Assembly: GCF_964355755.1 (NCBI RefSeq)
Contig: NC_092673.1
Span: forward strand, 2,046,001-2,110,000
Direction: 5' to 3'
DNA: 64,000 nt
Source of the DNA: Antedon mediterranea
Taxonomy: Eukaryota > Animalia > Echinodermata
The notes beneath the pieces were generated by a model that was not told the DNA's origin, did no database searches, and worked only from the letters and a program-made list of their open reading frames with translations. Shown here one piece after another: positions 52,727 to 64,000 of this stretch (positions are counted from its first letter, which is position 1; every line of letters starts with the position of its first letter). The position numbers were made by a program, and so were the translations under genes.

Positions 52727-53499
52727 CCTGGACTTAACCGCACTGCTTATTTTAATTTAATCCAATTTAAAAATCAGGAAAATACTTTTACTCTATTAGG
52801 TATATACAATAGTTTGTGTATGTTCTTCAAATCCAAACGCAGTTATGAGCTTTTCTTGACGTTGCTGTTTATTTATAAACGTGTAAGATTGGACCTGTGC
52901 CTTTTTAACTGCGTGCTTGGCATACACACAGAAATGTATGTAGCCTAAGCCAACACTTCATTAAAAGTATGTACGTACAAATAGATTGATAGTTCCATTC
53001 CAGCGTGTTTTGAATGAGTTGGCTGCCCTGGACCATCAAAATCGATGTGTAATTCGACATAATCCATGTTGTCAATGCGTAGGCCTATCATCTTCATTGC
53101 GTAGGCCTCCTACAGTACTTCATCTTCATCTCGTATTCTTATTCATTGCGTATGCCTATATATCAATTAATTTCCATCTTTGTTGCGTAGGCCCAATATA
53201 TTTTGTAATCAACATCTTGCTATTCCTGGAATGTTATAACTTGGCAGAAGTAGGCCTACTGGTAAAAGATAGCGCGCCACCAACTGGTCTATTTAACAAA
53301 TAGAAAATTATTTGCTGAATGCAGCTGCAGTAAGCCTTATGTTTTATTTATTTATAGTTCAATTATCTTGCAAAATTTGCACGTAAATAGTGCGTTATCA
53401 TCATATATAATCAATCTTTTAATCGATGCAAAAATATTCCTCCTTCTAGCACGCTAACTATCTAACTACCTCAATACATATTTTAAAGAGTCGACACAA

Positions 53500-56020
53500 C
53501 TGGTTTCTATGGTACTATAAGATGATGATAACACAATCTCATATACAGCAATATTATCGCATAATAATTGAATTTTAAAAACATGATATTTTGGCTATTT
53601 TTCGAAAAAATCTCCCCTCTGGGCTTAAAGGGCCATCCCCTGCTTTCCATGCTTATTTTCTTGTCTAGTCTTGTATTTTTATATTTAATGTTTCTCTTTT
53701 TATTTCATTTACATGACTGTTTTATATATTTGTACTGTATTTGGAAAGCAATAAATATTATTTACTTACTTACTCAGGGGATGATTTTTTCAAAAAATGT
53801 CAAATTTTCGACCCTTTTATTATCTTAAAATGGCTTCTATGGCGCTTTAAGATGATGATAACGCAGTATATGATCATATAAAGCAATATTATTGCATAAT
53901 AATTGAATTTTAAAAACTTGATATTTTGGCCATTTTTCGAAAAAATCCCTGTACTATATAGTAAGGAATTTTTTCCAAAAATAGCCAATTTTCGACCATT
54001 TTATTTTTCGACAAAAATGGCTTCTATGGCACTTTAAGATGATGATAACGCAATATATGATCATATAAAGTTGCATAATAATTGAATTTTAAAAACTTGA
54101 TATTTTGGCCATTTTTCGAAAAAATCCCTGTACTATAGTAAGCAATTTTTTCCAAAAATAGCCAATTTTCGACCATTTTATTTTTCGACAAAAATGGCTT
54201 CTATGGCACTTTAAGATGATCATAACGCAATGTATGATCATATAAAGCAATATTATTGCATAATAATTGAATTTTAAAAACATGATATTTTGGCCATTTT
54301 TCGAAAAAATCCCTGTACTATAGTAAGGGATTTTTTTCCAAAAATAGCCAATTTTCGACCATTTTATTTTTCGACAAAAATGGCTTCTATGGCACTTTAA
54401 GATGATCATAACGCAATGTATGATCATATAAAGCAATATTATTGCATAATAATTGAATTTTAAAAACATGATATTTTGGCAATTTTTCGAAAAAATCCCT
54501 GTACTATATAGTACAGGGATTTTTTTCAAAAATAGCCAATTTTCGACCATTTTATTTTTCGACAAAAATGGCTTCTATGGCACTTTAAGATGATGATAAC
54601 GCAATATATGATCATATAAAGCAATATTATTGCATAATAATTGAATTTTAAAAACTTGATATTTTGGCCATTATTCGAAAAAATCCCTGTACTATAGTAC
54701 AGGAATTTTTTCCAAAAATAGCCAATTTTCGATCATTTTATTTTTCGACAAAAATGTCGAAAAAAATCCCTGTACTATAGTAAGGGATTTTTTTCCAAAA
54801 ATAGCCAATTTTCGACCATTTTATTTTTCGACAAAAATGGCTTCTATGGCACTTTAAGATGATCATAACGCAATGTATGATCATATAAAGCAATATTATT
54901 GCATAATAATTGAATTTTAAAAACATGATATTTTGGCCATTTTTCGAAAAAATCCCTGTAGGCCTACTATAGTACAGGGATTTTTTTCAAAAATAGCCAA
55001 TTTTCGACCATTTTATTTTTCGACAAAAATGGCTTCTATGGCACTTTAAGATGATGATAACGCAATATATGATCATATAAAGCAATATTATTGCATAATA
55101 ATTGAATTTTAAAAACTTGATATTTTGGCCATTTTTCGAAAAAATCCCTGTACTATAGTAAGGAATTTTTTCCAAAAATAGCCAATTTTCGATCATTTTA
55201 TTTTTCGACAAAAATGGCTTCTATGGCGCTTTAAGATGATGATAACGCAATATATGATCATATAAAGCAATATTATTGCATAATAATTGATCTTTAAAAA
55301 CTTGATATTTTGGCCATTTTTCGAAAAAATCCCTGTACTATATATATAGTAAGGGATTTTTTCCAAAAATCGCCAATTTTCGACCATTTTATTTTTCGAC
55401 AAAAATGGCTTCTATGGCACTTTAAGATGATCATAACGCAATGTATGATCATATAAAGCAATATTATTGCATAATAATTGAATTTTAAAAACATGATATT
55501 TTGGCCATTTTTCGAAAAAATCCCTGTACTATAGTACAGGGATTTTTTCCAAAAATAGCCAATTTTCGATCATTTTATTTTTCGACAAAAATGGCTTCTA
55601 TCGCACTTTAAGATGATGATAACGCAATATATGATCATATAAAGTAATATTATTGCATAATAATTGAATTTTAAAAACATGATATTTTGGCCATTTTTGG
55701 AAAAAATCCCTGTACTATAGTAAGGGATTTTTTCCAAAAATAGCCAATTTTCGACCATTTTATTTTTCAACAAAAATGGCTTCTATGGTACTTTAAGATG
55801 ATGATAACGCAATATATTATCATATAAAGCAATATTATTGCATAATAATTGAATTTTAGAAACTTGATACATTTTGGCCATGTACTATAGTACAGGGATT
55901 TTTTCCAAAAATAGCCAATTTTCGATCATTTTATTTTTCGTCAAAAATGGCTTCTATGGCACTTTAAGATGATGATAACGCAATATATGATCATATAAAG
56001 CAATATTATTGCATAATAAT
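53500..56020. repeat. Satellite of ~186-bp units (~12-13 copies), each with a central palindrome
   Basis: aaaaatggcttctatggcactttaagatgat recurs mostly every ~171-192 bp, with one partial unit near 54740. The core aaaaaatccctgtacta|tagtacagggattttt is palindromic. Confidence 0.95.
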
Positions 56021-56443
56021 TAAAGATCCCTGTACTGTTCGACATAACCTCCGTCGAATTCTATAAATAAATCCCTACAGCATTCTAAAAATGTACTGAT
56101 ATTGCTATATATATGATTGAACAAGCTTTTAATGAAATAAAGGAGATTTAAACTCTCTTGAAAAACACCTTTTTTAGAGTTCAATATAACTATTGCTAAA
56201 TGTACTTGTACACTCGTTAATATCCTCTTCCTGATCAAAAAAATAAAGACAAGATAAGTTTAAAACAACAATAATAAGTTACTTACATTTAATAAAATAA
56301 TCAATCATCGATGATAGACAAGAGAGTTGGTCTATATTATGAATACAGTAGACAAATGATTTTTTTTTAAATTGTCAAAGATTGTATTGAAATAAATAGA
56401 TACCGAACCTTAGCAGAGCATTGCAAAATTGTTGTAGATTGTT

Positions 56444-59400
56444 TTATGAGACTGCATCTGGTGCTAGTGTGTTCGCGTCGTCCTCTTGAGCAGGGGGAGG
56501 AAGGATGTTAGGAATATCTAAAGAGTCATAAGGAATGGCGAGACATTTTGACCTCAGTTCTTGTTCAATCTTCAACAGTCTATTGTATTTGGAAGTTCGT
56601 TCACCTCTTAAGATGCCACCAAACTTGACAAATTTAGCTCCAATTCCCACAGCCTTAAAATAAAACAACTTTGATTAAAGTAATGAAATTCATGGCACAA
56701 GCATTCTAACTTAGCATTAATTGTTTGCATCCATATAAGGCAAAGACTTTCTTATATTTAAGGTTTACAGTTCACATATCTCATATATGTACTAAGTAAA
56801 CTAAAATTAAACAATGATGTAACTCACCAAATCTGCAATAAAGTCCTCTTCTGTGTCACCTCTCACACCTGATATGATACATTCACCATTGGTCTCTACA
56901 ATATGAAACAATTAACCAATATTAACATTATTTACCCTCTTGGCTGGATTGTTGGGAAGTTTCCATAAAGGCACCATTTCTAGAATTCAATGATATGCAT
57001 TAACAATTGCTATAATAATGCACTAATATTTGTTATATGCACTAATAATTGCTATATATGCACATATAAATAAATTTATTGACTACCAATTTTGAAACAA
57101 TGTATGTTACCAACAACGAACAGTATGGTTTCATGGGAGAGTGTTGAAATTTCCTTAAAAATGTCTAAAATAAGGACTTTTTAAGATGATATAAATATAT
57201 AAGATAATTATTATATAACAAATAAAAAAATTCCTGTCATTTGTTTGGACGATTGTGGGTCACATGGCGTGCAATAGTTAACGATCGTTAAATATTACTT
57301 TTTTTTGCAAATTTGTCAAAATTGAAATATAACCTCTCATTCACCTCATGGCATTATTTGTACCATTCCACAAATATAAACATTCATTATTTGTATATTT
57401 GTATTTGTAACTGTAGACAATTTTGATCAATAATACCTTTGATCTGTTTTGTTGCATTAATAATATCTGTAATAGTAGTTTGTTGTTGAAGTTTAAGTAC
57501 AGCAGCACTTGATCTCAATCCACCATTTCCCTCTGTAACAAGTCTCTCTGCTCTTGGGTAGATGTAGTCCCCAATCACAAAACACTTGTCACTGATTTTC
57601 TCAATTAATTTCTGCCATGCATCAACATCCTAACAAATACAAATATTAACATAAACGATAACAGGATTTCAGTAAGGTGAAATATAAGCAAGCGTTGCCT
57701 GGACACAATTTTTTTTTTATATATAAGTTTGGGACGCCCTATGTGAAAGGTAGCCAAATTACTTCTTAACTATAACCCTCTAAATAATCTCTCTCTCACT
57801 ATAAAGTAAAAAGAAGTTGCTCATGGGATTTGAACTCTATACATCGACGACATGCCAAGTCCATAGTCTAATCCATTCGACTAAACAAACGGCTCAACGA
57901 AAAGCATTTGCATTAGCAAATTACAGTTAGCTCAATTCTTACGTCACACTTTATGGATATGACTAATGAATATTCATGTTTATTTTGTGACGTTTCATGA
58001 GGGGACATACATAGAGTCTGTTAAAACTGTGCTGAGGAAACAAAGATGTCCCAATTTCCGCACGATGAATCAACATGATTAACTAGTTCCTAGGTCGGTG
58101 GGAATCAAAACCTTTCTATAAATAATTAAAAGAAAACACCCCATATAGATATTATCATGTTAAGTCTCCAAACTCACCTGTTTTCTTAACGGGTCAATGA
58201 TTCCCACAATTGCTGGATAACGAGCAATAAAATCAACGTAGACATCTATCAAATCGTCACTCGTTTTCAGCATACTGGTTAGAATTTCATATTTACACTT
58301 TTCCTGTATAACATCAAGATTATTATTATTAGAAAAGTAACACTACAAACAACCAGCACATGACTCGGTATACCATATACCGTACGAGAGAGATGCTTTG
58401 ACTTGAACACTTTGAATTGTAATTGTTTTATTTATCTGTTTTTGTATATAGTGAGTGCATAATCTGCTTATTCTCACTCATGGTTATTTTTCATTGGTGA
58501 CTGAATGATGTGTCAACAAAGTCTCATTCTCATGCCCAAGTAGTAGCCCTAGTTTGGATGTGAAAACTGGTACTAGGCTTGGATTTGAACCCAAGACTTT
58601 TCGATTGGTAAGGAAGCACTAAGCCACAGTGCCACTATTTTATAAAATAGATTTATTTTTCATAATGTTGATAAATGAACACTACTTACATGGTCAAATA
58701 TTTCATGAGCCGCACAATCTATCATAATATTAACCTGTTCATTTAGTTGTTGTTGATCTATAGCCTCAACCACAACATCAAGTAGCATCTCAGTCTTGTC
58801 CATCACTGGACAAAAACCTCCAACATCATTCACATTATTACATGAAGCCTGCACAGACAAATTGACAAGATTTAGAGAATGAAAATAAATTATCCGAATA
58901 ATGACAGGATTTATGAAATAATATTAAATGATCGACAATGTAGGGAACAAGATGTTGATGAAATTTATGAAAATTCAGTAATATTCTGATGAAAATACAG
59001 TAATAATGATAATGTTGATGACAATGATAATCATGAGAATGTAGTGATACTGGCAATGTTGATGACAATGATAATCATGACAATGTAGTGATACTGGCAA
59101 TGTTGATGACAATGATAATCATGACAATGTAGTGATACTGGCAATGTTGATGACAATGTTCAGAATGATAAAGAGGATAACTTACTCCATACTTGGCGAA
59201 CAACATCTTTCTAATCTGGTGATAGACAGCCGACACATTCTTCAAAGCCTTTGAACATTAAACAGATTTAATAAATAAATTAGGTAAACTGCACATTTTT
59301 ACAATTAAGCTATTTATAATATATTTGCATTGAACTTTATATATCAGACCTAAAGGGGCATATTCTATGTTGTAGACAATGATTCGGCTTAATATTCTAA

Positions 59401-61724
59401 AAAAAAGCAACATTCTGGCACACATGGCATGTCATACATGTCAGCTACACCTGTTGTTGGCACTACATAAAAGAAACTTGTGTAAGTCTAAATAGATTAA
59501 AAATAAATAAAACTGACCTTTTGAAATGTTTGGCCTGGTTTTGGTACCAGCAGTACTTCTTTAATGAGGTTTTGTTTACCAAGTGCTGATTTACCTGAAC
59601 ATAACACAGTTACTAACGGTATAGGCATTCTGTATTCAATCACATCCTCCTGTAATGTATAATATTTAATACATTGATTTCATTTTATTAATAAACAAAG
59701 TTAAGATACTTATCCTGGCCTAGGTGTAAGGAATTTTACATACCATACAACCAATTATGGTTATAACCAAGGCAATCTGCTAACAATACTGTACTATGTA
59801 CAAACTCTCCGCGGCGCGTAATGGAGGTGAAACTGATTGTGTCGCAGCCACAGATTAAGTTGTTGTTGGAGTCAATGATGAATAAAATCCTCACCTGATT
59901 TGAATACAGGTGTGAAATATACTGATACAATGGTTGGTCTTTGATAATGGCACTAGCTCTTGCAACGACCTGTGACGAGGCACCAAAAGCATCACATCCT
60001 GGCAGCATCATCTCCCTTGGTTCCACAATGACCACCACACCAGATTTGGCGCTTCCCATCTTCTTTTTATTCTTTGCTGATGAGACTTTGCCATCTTTAG
60101 CAGGAATCTCTTTTGCAGCAGCAGCCACTGTTAATTCACTACCGTCGTCTTCTTTATGAATTGCTAATTTTTTTTCATATTCCTCTAAAAGTTTAGATGC
60201 AAGTTCTCTGAAATCATAAACAATAAATACGATTTAAAATATAACAATGACAAATTCACAAGTATTATAAATTACAGAACAATATCAGGTCATCATTGTA
60301 TATTGCACTTTGTGTTCTAAATTTCTTTTTTTTTCTTTATTGGGGCTTCACGTTTTGTTTCACTCTGTGCCTTCCATACCCATAATTCATCATTAAATCC
60401 AGAAATAACCAGTAATTAGCCAGCAATTAAGATCCTGTACTTAGAAAAAGATTTCTGGTTAACCATTATGTTTACATCAATTTGCTAGTGCATTTCCAAT
60501 TTAATTTTATTGTCTTAATCATTGTCAACTTTTTACCTCAACTTTGTGTCCACATCAAACTGATTACATGGATTTACACCTTTCAACATTTCAATAATGT
60601 CATGATCTATAAGTGCTATGGCAGCTGCGATGCCCTCTGACCTCTCTCTTTCTTCCATGTCTTTCTTTTCCATTGAAACACCATCCGGGAGAACCGAAAA
60701 GCTTGATATCTTGCATGTACATACAAACTATAAAGAAATTAATATGGAATTTAGAGCTAACAAGTTTGAACACCAAAAATACCTCGATTTAAGTTTAACT
60801 TAAGTTTAAGATTTGAAGCAGCCCTACTACACTCATACATAGTTTAGGTTAGGTCAATAATCAAAGCATGTATGGTACTTTTATTAAATTGAATTCAACA
60901 TTTATTTCGACCAAAATCAAACATTAACATATGTACATAGATTAAACAAATAACACAATAACAAAAGTATCATTTGGTCAAGACATTAATTAATACAGGT
61001 ATATGTTGTAATCTTGTGGGAGTTTGCTACATACATTGTTTGTGGTGTGTGGTGTTTAGTATTAACACCTTACAGAATAAATAAAATATTGCATTACCTT
61101 CTCCGTGCCATTACGAATACAGTAAACATCAACTTCTATAGTAGGTTGGCCTTTGCAATCCAGAATCTCAAGTGCAGTTATCCGACTTACACTTGCTGGA
61201 TTGGATAGTCTAGAAAAGTATTCTGCCTAAAGAAAGGCAGCATTTAATATATTATACTTCATTTAATTTTCATTCTTTTTATCCGTAACAAATACATTCA
61301 TATATTTCTATAATATGGTTTGTCAGTGAAACACGAAATACGCATCGATCAATATACATTAAACATTAAAGGATATTATTCATATATTTACCACCTAAGG
61401 GAGTGGGATTTGATTTACAACGGATTTACCGAAATCTTGTGTCTGAATTTAACTTAAATTAGAGAGTGTGATTATACTGAGACATGGATTATACTAAATA
61501 TACTATCGGTATTAACAATACCGCCGGTATTGTTTTAATAATTGTATTCTATTTCTACTTTTTACCAAGCTGCCATAGACATCTTCTGGGTTCTGATAAA
61601 ATAATGAATTCAATATTTCTTCAATTTTCTCGGGTACATTATTCTTTTGATAAAATTTCACAGCTTTTTTCTTTAGTTCATACAATTCAAGAGCATGTCT
61701 CTGAGTAGCTGCTCTACTTGACAT
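56444..61724 (-). CDS. ENO4: Enolase 4 (enolase-like protein ENO4)
   Basis: 11 phase-consistent exons: 61724-61566, 61226-61098, 60727-60537, 60207-59895, 59649-59518, 59248-59186, 58848-58690, 58303-58178, 57629-57437, 56895-56828 and 56653-56444. N-terminal ELKKKAVKFY..VPEKIEEILN..PEDVYG extension, EILDCKGQPTIEV, MPIPLVTVL, and [35 protein letters not shown]. Confidence 0.93.
58460..58635 (-). mobile_element. Degenerate tRNA-derived SINE in an ENO4 intron
   Basis: On the - strand: gtggcactgtggcttagtg ... gggttcaaatcc (A- and B-box-like). Confidence 0.45.
59013..59160. repeat. 44-bp tandem repeat (~3.3 copies) in an ENO4 intron
   Basis: Unit tgttgatgacaatgataatcatgacaatgtagtgatactggcaa. 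Confidence 0.9.
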
Positions 61725-61964
61725 TGTTTCTGTTTGGGGTAAAACAACAAATTTATTAATAATATTATTTTATTAATAATGTTATAACAAATTATTTTGC
61801 ATCTCATTTGGATCATAATAAATAAATAAATAAATAAATAGCATAGAACACTTAAAAGAGCTTATTATGATTAATGAATGAAATGTAAAGAAAGTTATTT
61901 AAATTATTATATTGTTAAATAAATGTAATTTATCATTTGTTATGCCGTGATTTGGTAATCCCTC

Positions 61965-62395
61965 TCTATAGGCCTAGCCTAGTAGGCCTAGGCTAGCCTA
62001 CTAGCTAGAATCTAGCTGGGCCTCTAGGTAGGACCTAATAATAGGCATAACCTTGGCTAGCCTAGCTAGAAGCCTCTCAAGCCTAGGCTTAAGTGAAATA
62101 TAAAGAGGCAAAGACTATTTACACTCTGCCTCCTCTCATCATCTAGGCCTAGGCCTACTAGGCCTAGCTAGTACTAGTTAGTAGGCCGGGTCAGGCCAGT
62201 TTTTATGTGCGATATGCGAGTCATATTTTCTAGCTAGGCTAGCTAGAGGCCTACCTACAGGCTATAGAATAGGCCCAGCCTTATGCCAAGGCTTCTAAGT
62301 AGTATTAAAATATAATCACAATTTAGTGTCTATCACAAACATATTTATTAATGACTTGCCAAGCTATAATTCTAAGCCTAGGCGTAGCCTAGACT
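61965..62395. repeat. CTAG/TAGGCCTA-rich low-complexity tract between ENO4 and ANKRD53
   Basis: Dense run of taggccta, ctag and gctagc palindromic words. Confidence 0.75.
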
Positions 62396-62399
62396 TTCA

Positions 62400-62720
62400 T
62401 TTTTGAGTTTTGTCACGCGAACGGCGAATTCGATATGTATTTTCGTCTGCTCCGAATGGTTGCTATGGTGTTTTCTACTACATAAGTTTACTAAATATGC
62501 TTTGTAACAAGTCAATATTTTATGTAATATCACAAACTACTAATTATAAATAATACCGTATTAAAATTAATTAATATACAGACATTTAATAATTGCTAGT
62601 AAATTATTTTTCAGTATATTAAACACATTATTAAACAGTTACTGAACAGCCGGTTAAAGGTCAGTCATGTGGTCATAACAACAACTGTAAACAAAGAATT
62701 TTTGCCGACGGACACAGAAA
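62400..62720. promoter_or_regulatory. Candidate bidirectional promoter of ENO4/ANKRD53 with an RFX X-box-like site and a forkhead site
   Basis: The divergent ATGs are ~1.2 kb apart. A CpG-containing patch, gttgctatgg at ~62459 (X-box half-site) and tgtaaacaaa at 62686 (FOX motif) lie between them. Confidence 0.45.
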
Positions 62721-62906
62721 CAGAGAGAAGAATAATTCACATGTAAATCCGATTTATAATTACTTTTCTAATGACAATACGATGATGGATTGATGGTGTA
62801 CCATAATAATATTAATAATCAAACTATATAAAGAATATTGGATATGTTTATGTTTTTCTATTTATATTATTAACAAATCGGTCAGTTTTTATTTTTTAAA
62901 TGCCAA

Positions 62907-64000
62907 ATGGCATGCCTTGAGCTTAGTAGGCCTTCACCAATGACGGACAAGAAGAATGAACAGCCAAGATCAGACGTATTGGATCAGAGCCAGAAGACTC
63001 GAACTAGTGGTATACGAGGTTCTAAAAGTGTCGCATATCGTGCCAAAGCTGATGGACTGGAGGCTAACAAGAGGAGATATCGGGAACCTGCAGGAACACT
63101 TCTTTCAGAACCTGATGAATTTATGGCAGCCGCAATTGGAGACACTGCATGGTTGAAACAGTCTTTGAAAGATGAAAGAAATCCAAATACACTAGACAAA
63201 AATGTATGCTGTATAAATAAGATTTTGTTTTTTTATGATTAAAAAATAATGCAATACTGTATCGATAACAAAAATCAATTTTTTATTTAAAAAAATGTAT
63301 TTTATTTGACTTTAATTTTCATCCTTATTACAGGGCTTGGCACCAATTCATTTGGCAGCATTACACGGGAGATTGAATTGTTTGCAGCTTTTAATTGAAA
63401 AATACAGTGTTGATGTGAACTTGGGAAGTAGTACTGGTTGGCGCCCGATTCATCTCTCAATCAATAATAGAATTGGTAAAAAATCTACCCAATGTCTACA
63501 GTACTTGCTGGAAAAAGGCGCGGACCCATCGGTGTAAGTGGTTATCAATGATGTTCTCTTAAGCTTCTTTACTAGGCGAATTTGTTCACGTGAACATTTC
63601 GCAGAGAAAACCAACCTTTAACTATAAGAGCGAATAGCTGCGATGTTTATGTTCATCGAGTGTCTGCTCATGGACGTGTCATAGCTCATTTCCTGAGCTC
63701 TGATTGGTTGCACAATTTTTTGCTTAGCAAAAAGTAGAAACAAATTGCAAATTGGATCTTGCACCTTTTTTATTAAGACATCAACCAATTCTTAAATGTA
63801 TTGCCAAAAAATGATTAAAATGTATCTTCGCTGCAGAGTAATAGTTTTATTACACTATTTTCTTTTTGTTTTTAGCACAAATGAAGACAACTTAACGCCT
63901 GTGCACCAAGCATCAATAGAGGGCAGTGTTCAGTGTCTTAATTTGTTGATAAATGCTGGCGGATGTATAGATGTAAAAGATTCAAAAGGACAAACTCCAT
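62907..64000 (+). CDS. ANKRD53: Ankyrin repeat domain-containing protein 53-like, 5' part (runs off the window)
   Basis: Exons 62907-63203, 63334-63533 and 63876 to beyond 64000. They give EFMAAAIGDTAWLKQSL..DKNGLAPIHLAALHGRLNCLQLLIEKY..QCLQYLLEKGADPSV..TPVHQASIEG, an ankyrin pattern resembling ANKRD53. Confidence 0.8.

Noticed and set aside
53568-55773. Multiple similar ORFs (MFLKFNYYAIILLYM..., MSKNKMVENW...)
   Set aside because: These are translations of the 186-bp satellite, with frames broken between units.

Overview
AT-rich eukaryotic (metazoan) genomic DNA with spliceosomal introns. It is probably a marine invertebrate deuterostome such as an echinoderm, which I infer from the gene families and repeat types. 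Seven protein-coding genes can be built by hand, with consistent splice phases in the five multi-exon ones. They are: the last 4 exons of KCTD9 (+, with one GC-AG intron); an intronless class A GPCR (-); a 9-exon secreted or membrane trypsin-fold protein lacking the catalytic Ser, fused to LDLa-PAN-CUB-CUB (-); a 4-exon Rv2258c-like SAM methyltransferase (+); an intronless double-BTB kelch protein (-); ENO4 (-, 11 coding exons); and, head-to-head with ENO4, the 5' part of ANKRD53 (+). Non-coding DNA is dense in MITEs (PIF/Harbinger-like, Tc1/mariner-like, Kolobok-like), tRNA-derived SINEs and tandem repeats. There is no CRISPR array or prokaryotic system. The most unusual signals are a strongly over-represented TAGGCCTA octamer, seen once as an insertion at a TA site; tandem copies of KCTD9 exon ends; a ~186-bp satellite built around a palindrome; a minisatellite derived from a MITE terminus; and the mosaic pseudo-protease. 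All family assignments come from motif recognition, not database searches.
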